A stretch of DNA of 64,000 nt from positions 4,037 to 68,036 of the forward strand of contig CASDOS010000057.1 in assembly GCA_949282205.1 (NCBI GenBank). The letters are read 5' to 3'. Positions within the stretch are counted from its first letter, which is position 1; each line of letters starts with the position of its first letter. Origin of the DNA: an uncultured Alphaproteobacteria bacterium (GTDB lineage Bacteria > Pseudomonadota > Alphaproteobacteria > RF32 > CAG-239). Positions 34,891-45,099 of this stretch are shown here, piece by piece. The translations under genes were made by a program, and so were the position numbers. Under the pieces are notes generated by a model, which did not search any database, was not told the DNA's origin, and saw only the letters and a list, made by a program, of their open reading frames with translations.

Positions 34891-36312
34891 ATGCCAATAA
34901 ATACGCGTACGAAAATTTTAGCAACCTTGGGCCCGTCTTCTAATACCGAAGAGAAAATTTCCGCACTTATTGATGCTGGTGTTGATGGTTTTAGATTGAA
35001 TTTTAGTCATGGAACACATGAAGAACATCAGGGTATTTATCAATTAGTCAGAAAATTGGCTAAAGAAAAAGGCGTTCAGGTTACGGTTGTGGCTGATATG
35101 CAAGGACCAAAACTCAGAATCGGTATGTTTAAAGACGGTAAAGTACTTTTGCACAAAGGGCAAAAATTTACTCTCGATATGAAAAATGATTTAGGTGATG
35201 AGAATCGCGTTACTCTTCCTCATAAAGAAATTTTTGAAGCGCTGAAAGTCGGCGATAAATTGCTCGTTAATGACGGTAATATTGTCTTGAATGTTTTAAA
35301 ATGTAATAAAGAATCGGCGCTTACCGAAGTTGAAGTCGGGGGCTTTATTTCCGGTCATAAAGGGGTTAATTTGCCAAACTCTTCTCTTAATATCTCTCCG
35401 TTGACACCTAAGGATTTAGATGATTTGGAGTTTGCTTTGGGACTTGGTGTTGATTGTATTTGTCTGTCCTTTGTTCAACGTGTTTCCGATATTAAAGAAG
35501 CGCGTAAAATTATCGGTAAAAGAGCTTGGATTATTTCTAAATTGGAAAAACCACAGGTCTTGGATGATTTGGATAATATCATTAAGGCTTCTGATATGAT
35601 TATGGTCGCTCGTGGTGATTTAGGCGTGGAGTGTCCGATTGTTACCGTGCCGGTTTTGCAGAAACGAATCGTTTCTAAATGTCGTATCTTCGGTAAACCC
35701 GTAATTGTTGCAACACAGATGCTCGAATCGATGATGAATGCCCCGATGCCAACTCGTGCGGAAGTATCGGATATTGCCAATGCTGTTTATGATGGCTGTG
35801 ATGTGGTTATGCTTTCGGGCGAAACGGCTGCCGGTAATTATCCGGTCGAAACCGTGCAGACTATGCATGGTGTTATTCAACAGGTTGAAAGTGATCCGAA
35901 GTATTTGGAAAATGTACATCACTTCTGTCAGGGAAGTAATTGCAACAGTGAGGCTCACGCTATTACGCATGCAGCCGGTGAAGTGGTCAAAACTCTTGAT
36001 AAAGTCGCTTGTATTGCTACTTTTTCCGTTAGCGGCGCAACTACTTTGGCGATGGCTCAGGAACGTCCGAATTTGCCGATTATTTCTATTAATCCGACGG
36101 AAGAAATTGCTCGCAGACTTAACTTGGTTTGGGGAGTCAAAACTTATATCGATACAAAGGTGTTTGAGAGTTTTGATAATATCGAAACCGTTTCTCGCGC
36201 TTTTGCTTCTCTTTCCGGATTGGCGAAAAAAGGTGAACATATTGTTGTTACTGCAGGTTATCCGTTTGGTCGGGTCGGAAGTACGAACGTTTTGCATATC
36301 GTTAAAGCGTAA
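34891..36312 (+). CDS. pyk: pyruvate kinase
   Basis: The ORF is open from 34885. The ATG at 34891 follows AGGGGA. TKILATLGPSS, GVDGFRLNFSHG and MVARGDLGVE motifs. Confidence 0.9.
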   Translation: MPINTRTKILATLGPSSNTEEKISALIDAGVDGFRLNFSHGTHEEHQGIYQLVRKLAKEKGVQVTVVADMQGPKLRIGMFKDGKVLLHKGQKFTLDMKNDLGDENRVTLPHKEIFEALKVGDKLLVNDGNIVLNVLKCNKESALTEVEVGGFISGHKGVNLPNSSLNISPLTPKDLDDLEFALGLGVDCICLSFVQRVSDIKEARKIIGKRAWIISKLEKPQVLDDLDNIIKASDMIMVARGDLGVECPIVTVPVLQKRIVSKCRIFGKPVIVATQMLESMMNAPMPTRAEVSDIANAVYDGCDVVMLSGETAAGNYPVETVQTMHGVIQQVESDPKYLENVHHFCQGSNCNSEAHAITHAAGEVVKTLDKVACIATFSVSGATTLAMAQERPNLPIISINPTEEIARRLNLVWGVKTYIDTKVFESFDNIETVSRAFASLSGLAKKGEHIVVTAGYPFGRVGSTNVLHIVKA

Positions 36313-36340
36313 AGATTTTTGTTTGTTCCTAAATCATAGT

Positions 36341-36367
36341 CCCCGCTTCCTTGTGGGGATTTTTTTG
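36341..36367 (+). terminator. intrinsic terminator of pyk
   Basis: ccccgc ttcctt gtgggg followed by a T-run. Confidence 0.6.
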
Positions 36368-36489
36368 TATTTACCTACGAAATAATCTGAAATAATTCGT
36401 GTCTTGATAAGCCTTTTAAACGCCTTGTTAATTTTTTGTCAGCTATTATCTTCTCAATAGTGTTAAATTGTTATGGAGAAGTGTAAACT

Positions 36490-39123
36490 ATGGCAAAAGA
36501 AACTCAAGTTCAAGCTAGTGAAGAAGCTGAAAAAAAGCATGTTGATGAGATTGTCGCTAAAGTTGCCGAAGCTCAGAAAAAATATGCTGAATATACTCAG
36601 GAACAAGTCGATTATATTTTTAGACGCGTGGCTCTTAAATTAAGCTCGCTCAGAATCCCTTTGGCTAAAATGGCTGTCGAAGAAACCGGTATGGGTGTGG
36701 TTGAAGATAAAGTTATTAAAAACCATTTTGCTTCCGAATATATCTACAATAAATTTAAAAATACCAAAACTTGCGGTATCTTGGAAGAAGATAAAGCTAA
36801 TGGATTAATCAAAATTGCCGAGCCTTTGGGCGTTATCGCAGGAGTTGTTCCAACGACGAATCCTACTTCTACCGCTATCTTTAAAGCCTTAATCGCTCTT
36901 AAAACGCGTAACGGTATTATCTTTTCTCCGCACCCTCGCGCTAAGAAATGTACCGTCGAAACCGCGCGTATTATGTTGGAAGAGGCTGTTAAAGCAGGTG
37001 CTCCCGAAAATATTATCGGGTGGATTGAAAATCCCTCTATATTCCAAACTCAATATTTAATGCAACATCCTCAGGTTGATATTATCTTGGCCACAGGCGG
37101 TCCGGGAATGGTTAAATCCGCTTATAGTTCCGGTAAACCGGCTCTTGGTGTCGGCGCAGGTAATGTTCCGGCGTTGATTGATGAAACCGCTGATATTCAA
37201 ATGGCTGTTTCTTCTATCTTAATGTCTAAGACTTTTGATAACGGTATGATTTGTGCTTCTGAACAATCCGTTACTGCCGTTAAAGATGTTTATGATGCTG
37301 TTAAAGACGAATTTATTAAACGCGGCGCTTATATCTTATCTCCGAAAGAAAAAGAAAAATTGGCGAAGGTTATTATGATTGACGGACATCTTAATTCCGC
37401 TATCGTTGGGCAGCCCGCTTATAAAATCGCTGAAATGGCTAAAATCTCCGTTCCGGAAGAAACTAAGGCGCTTATTGCTGAATGCTCTAAAGTCGGTGCT
37501 GAAGAACCGTTTTCGGCTGAAAAACTTTCTCCGGTTTTGGCTCTCTATAAAGCCGATGACTTTAAGTCCGGTGCAGACTTGGCTAAAGAACTTGTTTCTC
37601 ACGGTGGTAGAGGACATACGTCCGTGCTTTACACTAATCCGCAAAATGATGACAGAATTAAATATTTCGGTCATCTGATGATTACCGGTCGTGTTATGAT
37701 TAACTGTCCTTCTTCTCAAGGCGCTATCGGTGATATTTATAACTTTAGACTCGAACCGTCTTTGACTCTAGGTTGCGGTTCTTGGGGCGGTAACTCGGTT
37801 AGTGAAAATGTGGGGGTAAAACATCTGATGAATATTAAAAATGTGGCTAAACGTGAAGAAAATATGTTGTGGTTCAGAGTACCACCGAAAATCTATTTCA
37901 AACCCGGTTCTCTGTCGTTTGCTTTGAAAGAACTTAAAGGTAAAAAACGTGCGTTCATCGTTACTGATAAACCTTTGTTTGATTTAGGATTTACTAAACG
38001 TGTGACCGATGTTTTGGATGAAATCGGCGTTGCTTATAAAATCTTTTCAGATGTGCATCCGGATCCGGATTTGACTACCGTTAATATGGCTATCGGTACG
38101 CTGCGTTCTTTTGAACCGGATGTTATTATCGCTCTTGGCGGCGGTTCTCCGATTGATGCCGGTAAAATTATGTGGATGATGTATGAACATCCCGAATTGA
38201 AGTTTGAAGATTTGGCTATGCGCTTTATGGATATTCGTAAACGTATTTTCGAATTTCCACAATTAGGTGAAAAAGCGATGATGGTGGCTATTCCGACAAC
38301 TTCCGGTACAGGTTCCGAAGTGACACCGTTCTCTATTATTACCGATGATAGCGAAGGCGTTAAATATGCTGTTGCCGATTATGCTTTGACGCCGTCGATG
38401 GCAATTGTTGATGCGGATTTGGTGCAAACAATGCCGAAGGGACTTTGCGCTGCTTCCGGTATTGATGTTTTGACGCATGCTCTCGAATCTTTCGTTTCTT
38501 CAATGGCTACCGAATATACTCGCGGTCTTTCACTTGAAGCAGGTAAACTCGTATTCGATTATTTGCCACAGTCTTATGCAACCGCAGATTTGCACGCTCG
38601 TGAAAAAATGCACGCGGCTTCTACGCTTGCAGGTATGGCGTTTGCTAATGCTTTCTTGGGTGTTTGCCACTCTATGGCTCATAAACTTGGTGCGGCGTTC
38701 AATATTCCTCACGGTGTTGCCAATGCACTCTTGTTCTGTCAGGTTATTCGCTATAACGCAACCGATAAACCGGCGAAACAATGTGCATTCCCACAATATA
38801 AATTCCCGCATGCTAAAGCCGCTTATGCAGAATTTGCAACGGCTATGGGCTTTAAAGGGAAAACTGAAGATGAAAAAGTGGATGCTTTAATCGCAGGTAT
38901 TCAAGATTTGAAGAAGAAAATCGGTATTCCAGGTTCTATCCGCGAATGGTTTGCCATTAAAGGCGAATATACCGATGAAGATTTCAAAAAAGCTATGGAA
39001 ATTTTGCCGACACTTGCATTTGATGATCAATGCACCGGTTCTAATCCGCGTTATCCTTTAATTAAAGAAATTCGTAAACTTTATGAATTGGCTTATGAAG
39101 GTGTTACCGATTTCGAAATGTAA
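36490..39123 (+). CDS. adhE: bifunctional acetaldehyde-CoA / alcohol dehydrogenase
   Basis: 877-aa ORF. N-terminal aldehyde dehydrogenase domain (catalytic Cys in NGMICASEQS) fused to a C-terminal iron-containing alcohol dehydrogenase domain (GGGSPIDAGK, the His cluster CHSMAHKLG). Confidence 0.9.
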   Translation: MAKETQVQASEEAEKKHVDEIVAKVAEAQKKYAEYTQEQVDYIFRRVALKLSSLRIPLAKMAVEETGMGVVEDKVIKNHFASEYIYNKFKNTKTCGILEEDKANGLIKIAEPLGVIAGVVPTTNPTSTAIFKALIALKTRNGIIFSPHPRAKKCTVETARIMLEEAVKAGAPENIIGWIENPSIFQTQYLMQHPQVDIILATGGPGMVKSAYSSGKPALGVGAGNVPALIDETADIQMAVSSILMSKTFDNGMICASEQSVTAVKDVYDAVKDEFIKRGAYILSPKEKEKLAKVIMIDGHLNSAIVGQPAYKIAEMAKISVPEETKALIAECSKVGAEEPFSAEKLSPVLALYKADDFKSGADLAKELVSHGGRGHTSVLYTNPQNDDRIKYFGHLMITGRVMINCPSSQGAIGDIYNFRLEPSLTLGCGSWGGNSVSENVGVKHLMNIKNVAKREENMLWFRVPPKIYFKPGSLSFALKELKGKKRAFIVTDKPLFDLGFTKRVTDVLDEIGVAYKIFSDVHPDPDLTTVNMAIGTLRSFEPDVIIALGGGSPIDAGKIMWMMYEHPELKFEDLAMRFMDIRKRIFEFPQLGEKAMMVAIPTTSGTGSEVTPFSIITDDSEGVKYAVADYALTPSMAIVDADLVQTMPKGLCAASGIDVLTHALESFVSSMATEYTRGLSLEAGKLVFDYLPQSYATADLHAREKMHAASTLAGMAFANAFLGVCHSMAHKLGAAFNIPHGVANALLFCQVIRYNATDKPAKQCAFPQYKFPHAKAAYAEFATAMGFKGKTEDEKVDALIAGIQDLKKKIGIPGSIREWFAIKGEYTDEDFKKAMEILPTLAFDDQCTGSNPRYPLIKEIRKLYELAYEGVTDFEM

Positions 39124-39146
39124 TCGAATTTGCGGACTGATTTTGA

Positions 39147-39176
39147 AAGGGGAAGCTGTATTGCTTCCTCTTTTTT
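39147..39176 (+). terminator. intrinsic terminator of adhE
   Basis: ggggaagc tgtatt gcttcctc followed by T7. Confidence 0.65.
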
Positions 39177-39235
39177 TACTTAGTGTTAAACTGGTGTGTT
39201 ATAAAATATGACTGGTATGTTGATGTATCGGAGAT

Positions 39236-40897
39236 GTGATATTGTTTTCTACAACCTGTTTTAATGAAAGAAAATGTCAATATCGTTTAGAACTTAAATG
39301 TGTCGCTTTGGTATGGGCTGTTTTGGTTGTCGTTTTTTTGCCTTATTGGAGCAGTTTCTTCCTCGGAAATCACGACTTTCGATTTGTACGATACGGCATT
39401 CCTGTTGACGCCGGTTTTTTTGAGGGGCGTTTTACTCAGTTTGTGGTCCCTTGGTTGCTTTCAGACGGGCAAATTTTACCTGCTTGGAATGTTTTTCTCG
39501 GTTTTGCGTTTTTGGCCGGAGCTGCGGTAAAAACAGCTTCGTGGTTCGGTTTGCCTAAAAAAGGTCATGTAATATTAACGTTTGCTTTGGTGATTGTCTT
39601 AAATCCTTATATGCTGAGCCAGCTTTATTATGTGCATCAGATTTTATCTATTTGTTGTTGGTTTTTGTTATGTGTGATTGGGGTTATAGGAATCGATGAC
39701 GGAATTCAAAATAAAAGCTATTTGAAAGTTTGGGGCGGTTGTATTGCGCTTTTTGTAAGTTTTGGCGGGTATATCGCATCTTTGGAATTGGTATTTGTCC
39801 TTTGTATCGGAAAATTTTGGTTGGATTTCTTAGAAAAAGATAAAATTGATAGAGCTTTTTTTATTCATTATCTAAAAATGATGGGCGCGATTGTGTTTGT
39901 TCTTATGCTGTATGTGGCGGTTGTGCAGATAATGAAACAAAGAGGGCTGATTGTTTTAGGTATGTATAATGTCAGCCATTTGTCGGTATGGAAAATCGTT
40001 AATAGATTTTTGATGCAATGGTATATGCCTTGGAAAGTGTTATGGCAGAGTTTTCCTTATGACCTACCTCTTTTTGGATGCGCTTTTGTCTTGATTTCCA
40101 TAGTGGCTTTGGGGGTGGCGTGGTTTAAAAAGAAATTGTTGTGGAGCGTGATTTGTTTTATTGCTTTAGTATATGGAGGATTTTGCATTCCTTTTATTTC
40201 TGTTAAAGATTTTTTTGATACATTTCGTATTCATTTATATTCTGTGCCTTTTTTAATGGGAGTATTGTTTGCGGTTTCCTTTATTTATGGAAAATTATTA
40301 TATCGTAATTTATCTATGGCTCTTGTTGCGGTTTTAATTTGTTGTTTTATCAAAATTGATTGTTTTGCTCAGAAAGTGTGGCTCTTGGGTAATAAACAAG
40401 ATGACTTCTATGCGGAAAGAATAAAAAAAGATTTGTTGCCTAAATTGCAAAAAAATAAAAAATATCGCCTGACAACATTGGGGGGAATGTATGGACGTGA
40501 AAAATTTGCCGGATATGCGGATAATTATTCTTTGCGAACATTTGAGCATAATCGCGAATTGTTTAGCGGTTCTATGTATGTTTCCGTCTGGTTTTCAAGC
40601 GGTTTCTTTTGGGCAGAACCAGTTAATCCTATTTGGGGCGATGCGATGTATATGAGTAAAAAAATTTTTTATGGTGTATCGTCCGTTCTCGGTATACCAA
40701 AGGATAAACTCATTGATGCTTCGATTTTTTCTTATAACGCCGGACATGATAAACAGGAACAGTTGGCGGCTTTGCGTGAAATGAAACCTTTTCCCGATAA
40801 ACATTACTTCTTTATTGGGGAAAAAGATATCTTTTTGATGATGCCTAAAGTTCTTGATGCCAAATATTTATTGGAGAAACATATCTTGACACAGTAA
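39236..40897 (+). CDS. polytopic membrane protein with a C-terminal soluble domain, possibly glycan-related
   Basis: 553-aa ORF with at least 10 hydrophobic segments followed by a non-membrane tail of about 170 aa. Start is uncertain. It sits next to a GT8 glycosyltransferase. No family recognised. Confidence 0.45.
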   Translation: MILFSTTCFNERKCQYRLELKCVALVWAVLVVVFLPYWSSFFLGNHDFRFVRYGIPVDAGFFEGRFTQFVVPWLLSDGQILPAWNVFLGFAFLAGAAVKTASWFGLPKKGHVILTFALVIVLNPYMLSQLYYVHQILSICCWFLLCVIGVIGIDDGIQNKSYLKVWGGCIALFVSFGGYIASLELVFVLCIGKFWLDFLEKDKIDRAFFIHYLKMMGAIVFVLMLYVAVVQIMKQRGLIVLGMYNVSHLSVWKIVNRFLMQWYMPWKVLWQSFPYDLPLFGCAFVLISIVALGVAWFKKKLLWSVICFIALVYGGFCIPFISVKDFFDTFRIHLYSVPFLMGVLFAVSFIYGKLLYRNLSMALVAVLICCFIKIDCFAQKVWLLGNKQDDFYAERIKKDLLPKLQKNKKYRLTTLGGMYGREKFAGYADNYSLRTFEHNRELFSGSMYVSVWFSSGFFWAEPVNPIWGDAMYMSKKIFYGVSSVLGIPKDKLIDASIFSYNAGHDKQEQLAALREMKPFPDKHYFFIGEKDIFLMMPKVLDAKYLLEKHILTQ

Positions 40898-40988
40898 TAA
40901 AATCCTAATGAACGCGTCGGGGGTTAACTTGATGTTTACATATCTTGTTTTATGCTCTTGCTAAGTTGATTGATTTAAGGAGTTTGTT

Positions 40989-42032
40989 ATGAAAGATAAA
41001 GCTATGTGGTGGGTCGTCGTCGCCGATGTATTGGCGGTGATTGTCGTCGGTTTGTTGCTATGGGCTTCGTATATCGAGCGCGAAGTTGCTAATCAGCAGA
41101 CTGAGGAAAATGCTATGGCTCAGCTTGGGCATAATGCTAAAAATTATGATTTTGATTTAACTCTTACTCCGCAAAATTGCGAGGGGGTTGATGGTACAGT
41201 TGATGTTGTCTTGATTACTGATGCAAATTATATGGACTTTACCAGAGTGGCAATTAATTCTGCAAAACAAACCAAGTGTCCGAATAGTTTGTATAACTTT
41301 TATGTGATGACTTTAGATGTTTATGATTCTGATGTCACCGCTTTGAAAGCAATGGAAAACGATAAAGTTAAAGTTACAGTCTTACCTCAGAAGGAAATTG
41401 ATTTGTTCTATATTCGCGGTACACATGTTTCAAAAACTTCGTTGTTGAAATATTATATTGCGCAGGTTTTGCCAGATTTGGATAAAGTCTTGTATCTGGA
41501 TTCCGATGTCCTTGTTTTGCATGACTTAAATGAGTTGTATCAAACTAATATTGAGGGTAAATATTTGGCGGCGGTTAAAGACCCTTCTTGGTTTTTTGAA
41601 AATACTCATGTGCTTGAACTTAATCTGGAAAAGCGCGGTTTCTATTTTAATGCCGGGGTTATGCTGATGAATTTGAAGAAAATCAGAGAGGATAATTTGT
41701 TGGCGAAATTGGAAGATTATACTAATAATAATTTCCGTACTTATATGGATCAAGATGCTTTTAATGTTGTCGTGGGTGATGATGTGGCGGTATTGCCTTT
41801 TAAAGATAATACTATGAATTTCTTTTTTGAACATGTGGATTTGCCGACTATGACTAAATATTACGGCGAAAATTGGCAGTCGTTGGAAGATGTTTTTGCT
41901 CCGGCTACCGTTCTTCATTTTGCTTCTTCTAAGAAACCGTTGGGAACAGTGGTGCCAAAAACAGATTTCTTCTATATGTTGCAGAGATTGTGGTATAAGT
42001 ATTATCGTGATTTGCCGCCGTTGGAAAACTAA
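40989..42032 (+). CDS. glycosyltransferase family 8 protein (membrane-anchored)
   Basis: 347-aa ORF with an N-terminal TM segment. The DxD motif in LYLDSDVLVL and NAGVMLMNLKKIR are typical of GT8 (LPS glycosyltransferase-like). Confidence 0.75.
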   Translation: MKDKAMWWVVVADVLAVIVVGLLLWASYIEREVANQQTEENAMAQLGHNAKNYDFDLTLTPQNCEGVDGTVDVVLITDANYMDFTRVAINSAKQTKCPNSLYNFYVMTLDVYDSDVTALKAMENDKVKVTVLPQKEIDLFYIRGTHVSKTSLLKYYIAQVLPDLDKVLYLDSDVLVLHDLNELYQTNIEGKYLAAVKDPSWFFENTHVLELNLEKRGFYFNAGVMLMNLKKIREDNLLAKLEDYTNNNFRTYMDQDAFNVVVGDDVAVLPFKDNTMNFFFEHVDLPTMTKYYGENWQSLEDVFAPATVLHFASSKKPLGTVVPKTDFFYMLQRLWYKYYRDLPPLEN

Positions 42033-42053
42033 TAGAAGAAATGTTTAAGTTTT

Positions 42054-42082
42054 GAAAGTTCGGATATTGTTCCGAACTTTTT
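42054..42082 (+). terminator. intrinsic terminator
   Basis: aaagttcgga tattgt tccgaacttt followed by a T-run. Confidence 0.7.
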
Positions 42083-42192
42083 TGTGTCTTAATGGGAATT
42101 GGATATATGCGCATAAATGAAAGCGTCCAAAAATCGGACGCTTTCATTTATTGAGAATTTTTACTTTATATGTGAGTGAATTTTATTGGCAA

Positions 42193-43134
42193 TTACAACA
42201 TCGCCAATGCTTTTTTTGTATATTCAGAAAGTGTTTCGGCACTCTTTGTCAGGGCTTCTTTTTCACTTTCGCATAACTGAGGTGTTAATGCGGTTTCAAC
42301 GCCGTTTTTGCTGACAATGGATGGTAGAGAATAACAAATGTTATCATAACCGCCGATGCCTTCGTCATGGTGCGAACTTACGGTTAATATCGCATGTTTG
42401 TCGCTGATGATGGAATTGCAGATATATTGTGTGGCTGATGCAATCCCGAAATAAGTCGCCCCTTTGCCTTTGATAATCGTATATGCCGCATTGCGTACTT
42501 CATTATCTATGGAGCCTTTGATTACTTTGTCTAATTCTTTTCCGGTTTGTTGCGCCATACGTTCTACGCAGGTCGTTCCGGCAACGGCGCTTGACCAGAC
42601 TAAAACTTCACTGTCGCCATGTTCCCCGATTACATTCGCATGTACGGATTTGGGGGATATTCCTAAATGGCGTCCCAAAATGCTTCTAAAACGCGCCGAA
42701 TCGAGAACGGTTCCCGTGCCGAAGACACGATTTTTCGGAAAACCCGACATCTTTAAGGTTACTTCTGTCATGATGTCTACCGGATTTGCGGCTATAATCA
42801 AAATTGAATTCGGCGCATATTTTACTACTTCCGGTATGATACTCTTGAAGATGCTGACGTTCTTCTCTAATAAATCAAGGCGAGTTTCTCCGGGTTTTTG
42901 ATTGGCGCCGGCGGTGATGATGATAATGCCCGCGTCTTTTAAGTCTTTGTATTCTCCCGCTATTACTTTTGCCCCAAATGTAAATGGTGTGGAGTGGGAT
43001 ATGTCCATGGCTTCCGCTACGGCGCGTTCTTTGTTGGCATCAATTAATATTAATTTTTCCGCACTGCCTTCACTTGCCAACGAAAAGGCTATGGCACTGC
43101 CTACCATTCCGGTTCCGATTATTCCTATCTGCAT
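42193..43134 (-). CDS. ldh: L-lactate dehydrogenase
   Basis: The ORF is open to 43152. The start MQIGIIGTGMVGSA (Rossmann motif) is at 43134. AGANQKPGETRLDL has Gln at the substrate-discriminating position (LDH rather than MDH), and GEHGDSEV is present. Confidence 0.8.
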   Translation of the reverse strand: MQIGIIGTGMVGSAIAFSLASEGSAEKLILIDANKERAVAEAMDISHSTPFTFGAKVIAGEYKDLKDAGIIIITAGANQKPGETRLDLLEKNVSIFKSIIPEVVKYAPNSILIIAANPVDIMTEVTLKMSGFPKNRVFGTGTVLDSARFRSILGRHLGISPKSVHANVIGEHGDSEVLVWSSAVAGTTCVERMAQQTGKELDKVIKGSIDNEVRNAAYTIIKGKGATYFGIASATQYICNSIISDKHAILTVSSHHDEGIGGYDNICYSLPSIVSKNGVETALTPQLCESEKEALTKSAETLSEYTKKALAML

Positions 43135-43433
43135 ATGTTTTTCCTTCTTCAAAATATATATTAGGGTCTTACTTCTTATGTCATTGGTATATATAAGGTG
43201 TCTTTTTTTAGAAATAAAGTCTTATTTTATGTTCAAATGTAATTTTTTTTGCACGTTTATCCTCTCTTTTTTTATGAATGTAAAAATAGCTAAATCAATC
43301 TGTTAGACTTTGTAAATGCCCCTTATAAGTTGAAAAGTTTAAAAAAATGCTTGTCAAATAAAGTTTTTGTGTGTACCGTCTATTCCAGACGTTAGTCTAA
43401 GATTTGTTTTAATAATTTTTAGAGGTTGAATTA

Positions 43434-43667
43434 ATGACTGATACCGCTGATCGCGTTAAGAAAATTGTTGCTGAACATTTAGGTGTTGAAGAAACAAAAG
43501 TAACAGATAACGCAAACTTTATTGACGATTTGGGTGCTGACAGTTTGGATACTGTTGAGCTGGTTATGGCATTTGAAGAAGAATTTGGTTGCGAAATTCC
43601 TGATGAAGCAGCAGAGAAAATTCTTACAGTGAAAGATGCTATTGACTATCTTTCTAAAGCTGCGTAA
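43434..43667 (+). CDS. acpP: acyl carrier protein
   Basis: 77-aa ORF with the [12 protein letters not shown] phosphopantetheine-attachment motif. Confidence 0.95.
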   Translation: MTDTADRVKKIVAEHLGVEETKVTDNANFIDDLGADSLDTVELVMAFEEEFGCEIPDEAAEKILTVKDAIDYLSKAA

Positions 43668-43692
43668 GTCTTTGGATTTGTCATAAGTTAGA

Positions 43693-43722
43693 ACTCGCTC
43701 AAAGAATTTAAGCGAGTTTTTT
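43693..43722 (+). terminator. intrinsic terminator or attenuator between acpP and fabF
   Basis: actcgct-N11-agcgagt followed by T6. Confidence 0.55.
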
Positions 43723-43798
43723 CATACTAGGTTATTCGTGTCGCTCGCTCGAGTTCTCAGAACTTGAGCGGACACGGATAAAATTGAAGAGGTTTTTT

Positions 43799-45076
43799 AT
43801 GAGAAGAGTTGTCGTTACAGGTTTGGGCGTTGTTTCTCCGCTCGGAAGAGGTGTTAAACATAACTGGGAATCTTTAATGGCCGGGAAGTCCGGTATTAAA
43901 CGTATTGAAGGTGTCGATTTGAAAGATATTCCCGTTACGATTGCAGGGCAGGTTCCGTTTGGCGAAAATGAACCGGATTTTAATCCCGATACAGTGTTTG
44001 CTCCGAAAGATCAAAAGAAAAATGATAAGTTTATTATGTTCGGTATGGCAGCCGCTGATGATGCTTTGAAAGATGCCGGTTGGAACCCTGAAACGGCTTC
44101 AGAAGATGAAAAATGTCGCGCCGGTGTTATGATTGGCGCTGGAATCGGTGGTTTGCAGGGAATTTATGAGAATTCTATCTCCTTTAATGAATTTGGTATG
44201 AAGAAAATTTCTCCGTTCTTTATTCCTTCGGTCTTGATTAACTTGATTTCCGGTAATGTTTCTATCAGATATGGTTTGAAAGGTCCTAATCACGCTTGCG
44301 TTACGGCTTGCTCTACCGGTACTCATGCTATTGGCGATGCCGCTGCAATGATCGCTCGCGGTGATGCTGATATGATGGTCGCAGGTGGCGCAGAATCCGC
44401 AGTTAATGTTTTGGGTTTGGCTGGGTTTGCTCGTATGAAGGCCGTTACTTCCGATTTTAATGATACTCCCGAAAAGGCTTCTCGCCCTTGGGATAAAGCG
44501 CGTAGCGGCTTTGTTATGGGTGAAGGAAGTGGCGCCGTTGTTTTGGAAGAGTTGGAACATGCTCAGAAACGCGGTGCGAAAATTTATGCCGAAGTTGTTG
44601 GTTATGGTATGAGTGGCGATGCTTATCATATTACTGCTCCTTCCGGCGATGGTGCTTATCGCGCTATGAAAATGGCAGCAGATCATGCTAAAGAAAATGG
44701 AGTCGAACTTTCTGATATCGGCTATATTAATGCTCATGGTACTTCTACTCCCGCAGGTGATGTCGGAGAGGCTATGGCTGTTAAACGCTTGTTTGGCGAT
44801 GAAGGCGTTAAGCACGTTTCTATGTCTTCCACAAAGTCGGCTATCGGACATCTGCTTGGGGCTGCCGGTGCAGTCGAGGCGGTCTATACTATTATGGCTA
44901 TTCAAGAACAAACTTGTCCGCCTACATTAAACTTGGAGAATCCAGCTGACGAATTGGCTGATTTCGATTTGGTGCCTTTGAAACCTAAAAAACGTGAAAT
45001 TAAAGCCGCTATGTCTAACTCTTTTGGGTTTGGCGGTACGAACTCGTCTATCATTTTTAAAAAGTTTAATGGTTAA
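43799..45076 (+). CDS. fabF: 3-oxoacyl-ACP synthase II
   Basis: The ORF is open from 43784. The start MRRVVVTGLG is at 43799. Active-site ACSTG, and HGTSTP and GHLLGAAG motifs. Confidence 0.9.
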   Translation: MRRVVVTGLGVVSPLGRGVKHNWESLMAGKSGIKRIEGVDLKDIPVTIAGQVPFGENEPDFNPDTVFAPKDQKKNDKFIMFGMAAADDALKDAGWNPETASEDEKCRAGVMIGAGIGGLQGIYENSISFNEFGMKKISPFFIPSVLINLISGNVSIRYGLKGPNHACVTACSTGTHAIGDAAAMIARGDADMMVAGGAESAVNVLGLAGFARMKAVTSDFNDTPEKASRPWDKARSGFVMGEGSGAVVLEELEHAQKRGAKIYAEVVGYGMSGDAYHITAPSGDGAYRAMKMAADHAKENGVELSDIGYINAHGTSTPAGDVGEAMAVKRLFGDEGVKHVSMSSTKSAIGHLLGAAGAVEAVYTIMAIQEQTCPPTLNLENPADELADFDLVPLKPKKREIKAAMSNSFGFGGTNSSIIFKKFNG

Positions 45077-45099
45077 TTGCTGACTTTTTCGGGTTTGTA

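Noticed and set aside
44099-44911. 270-aa minus-strand ORF inside fabF. Similar long antisense ORFs lie at 35620-36297 (pyk), 27779-28429 (lptD), 18141-18722 (accD) and 10459-10839 (ftsH).
   Set aside because: All lie opposite confidently identified housekeeping genes and lack start signals or recognisable motifs.
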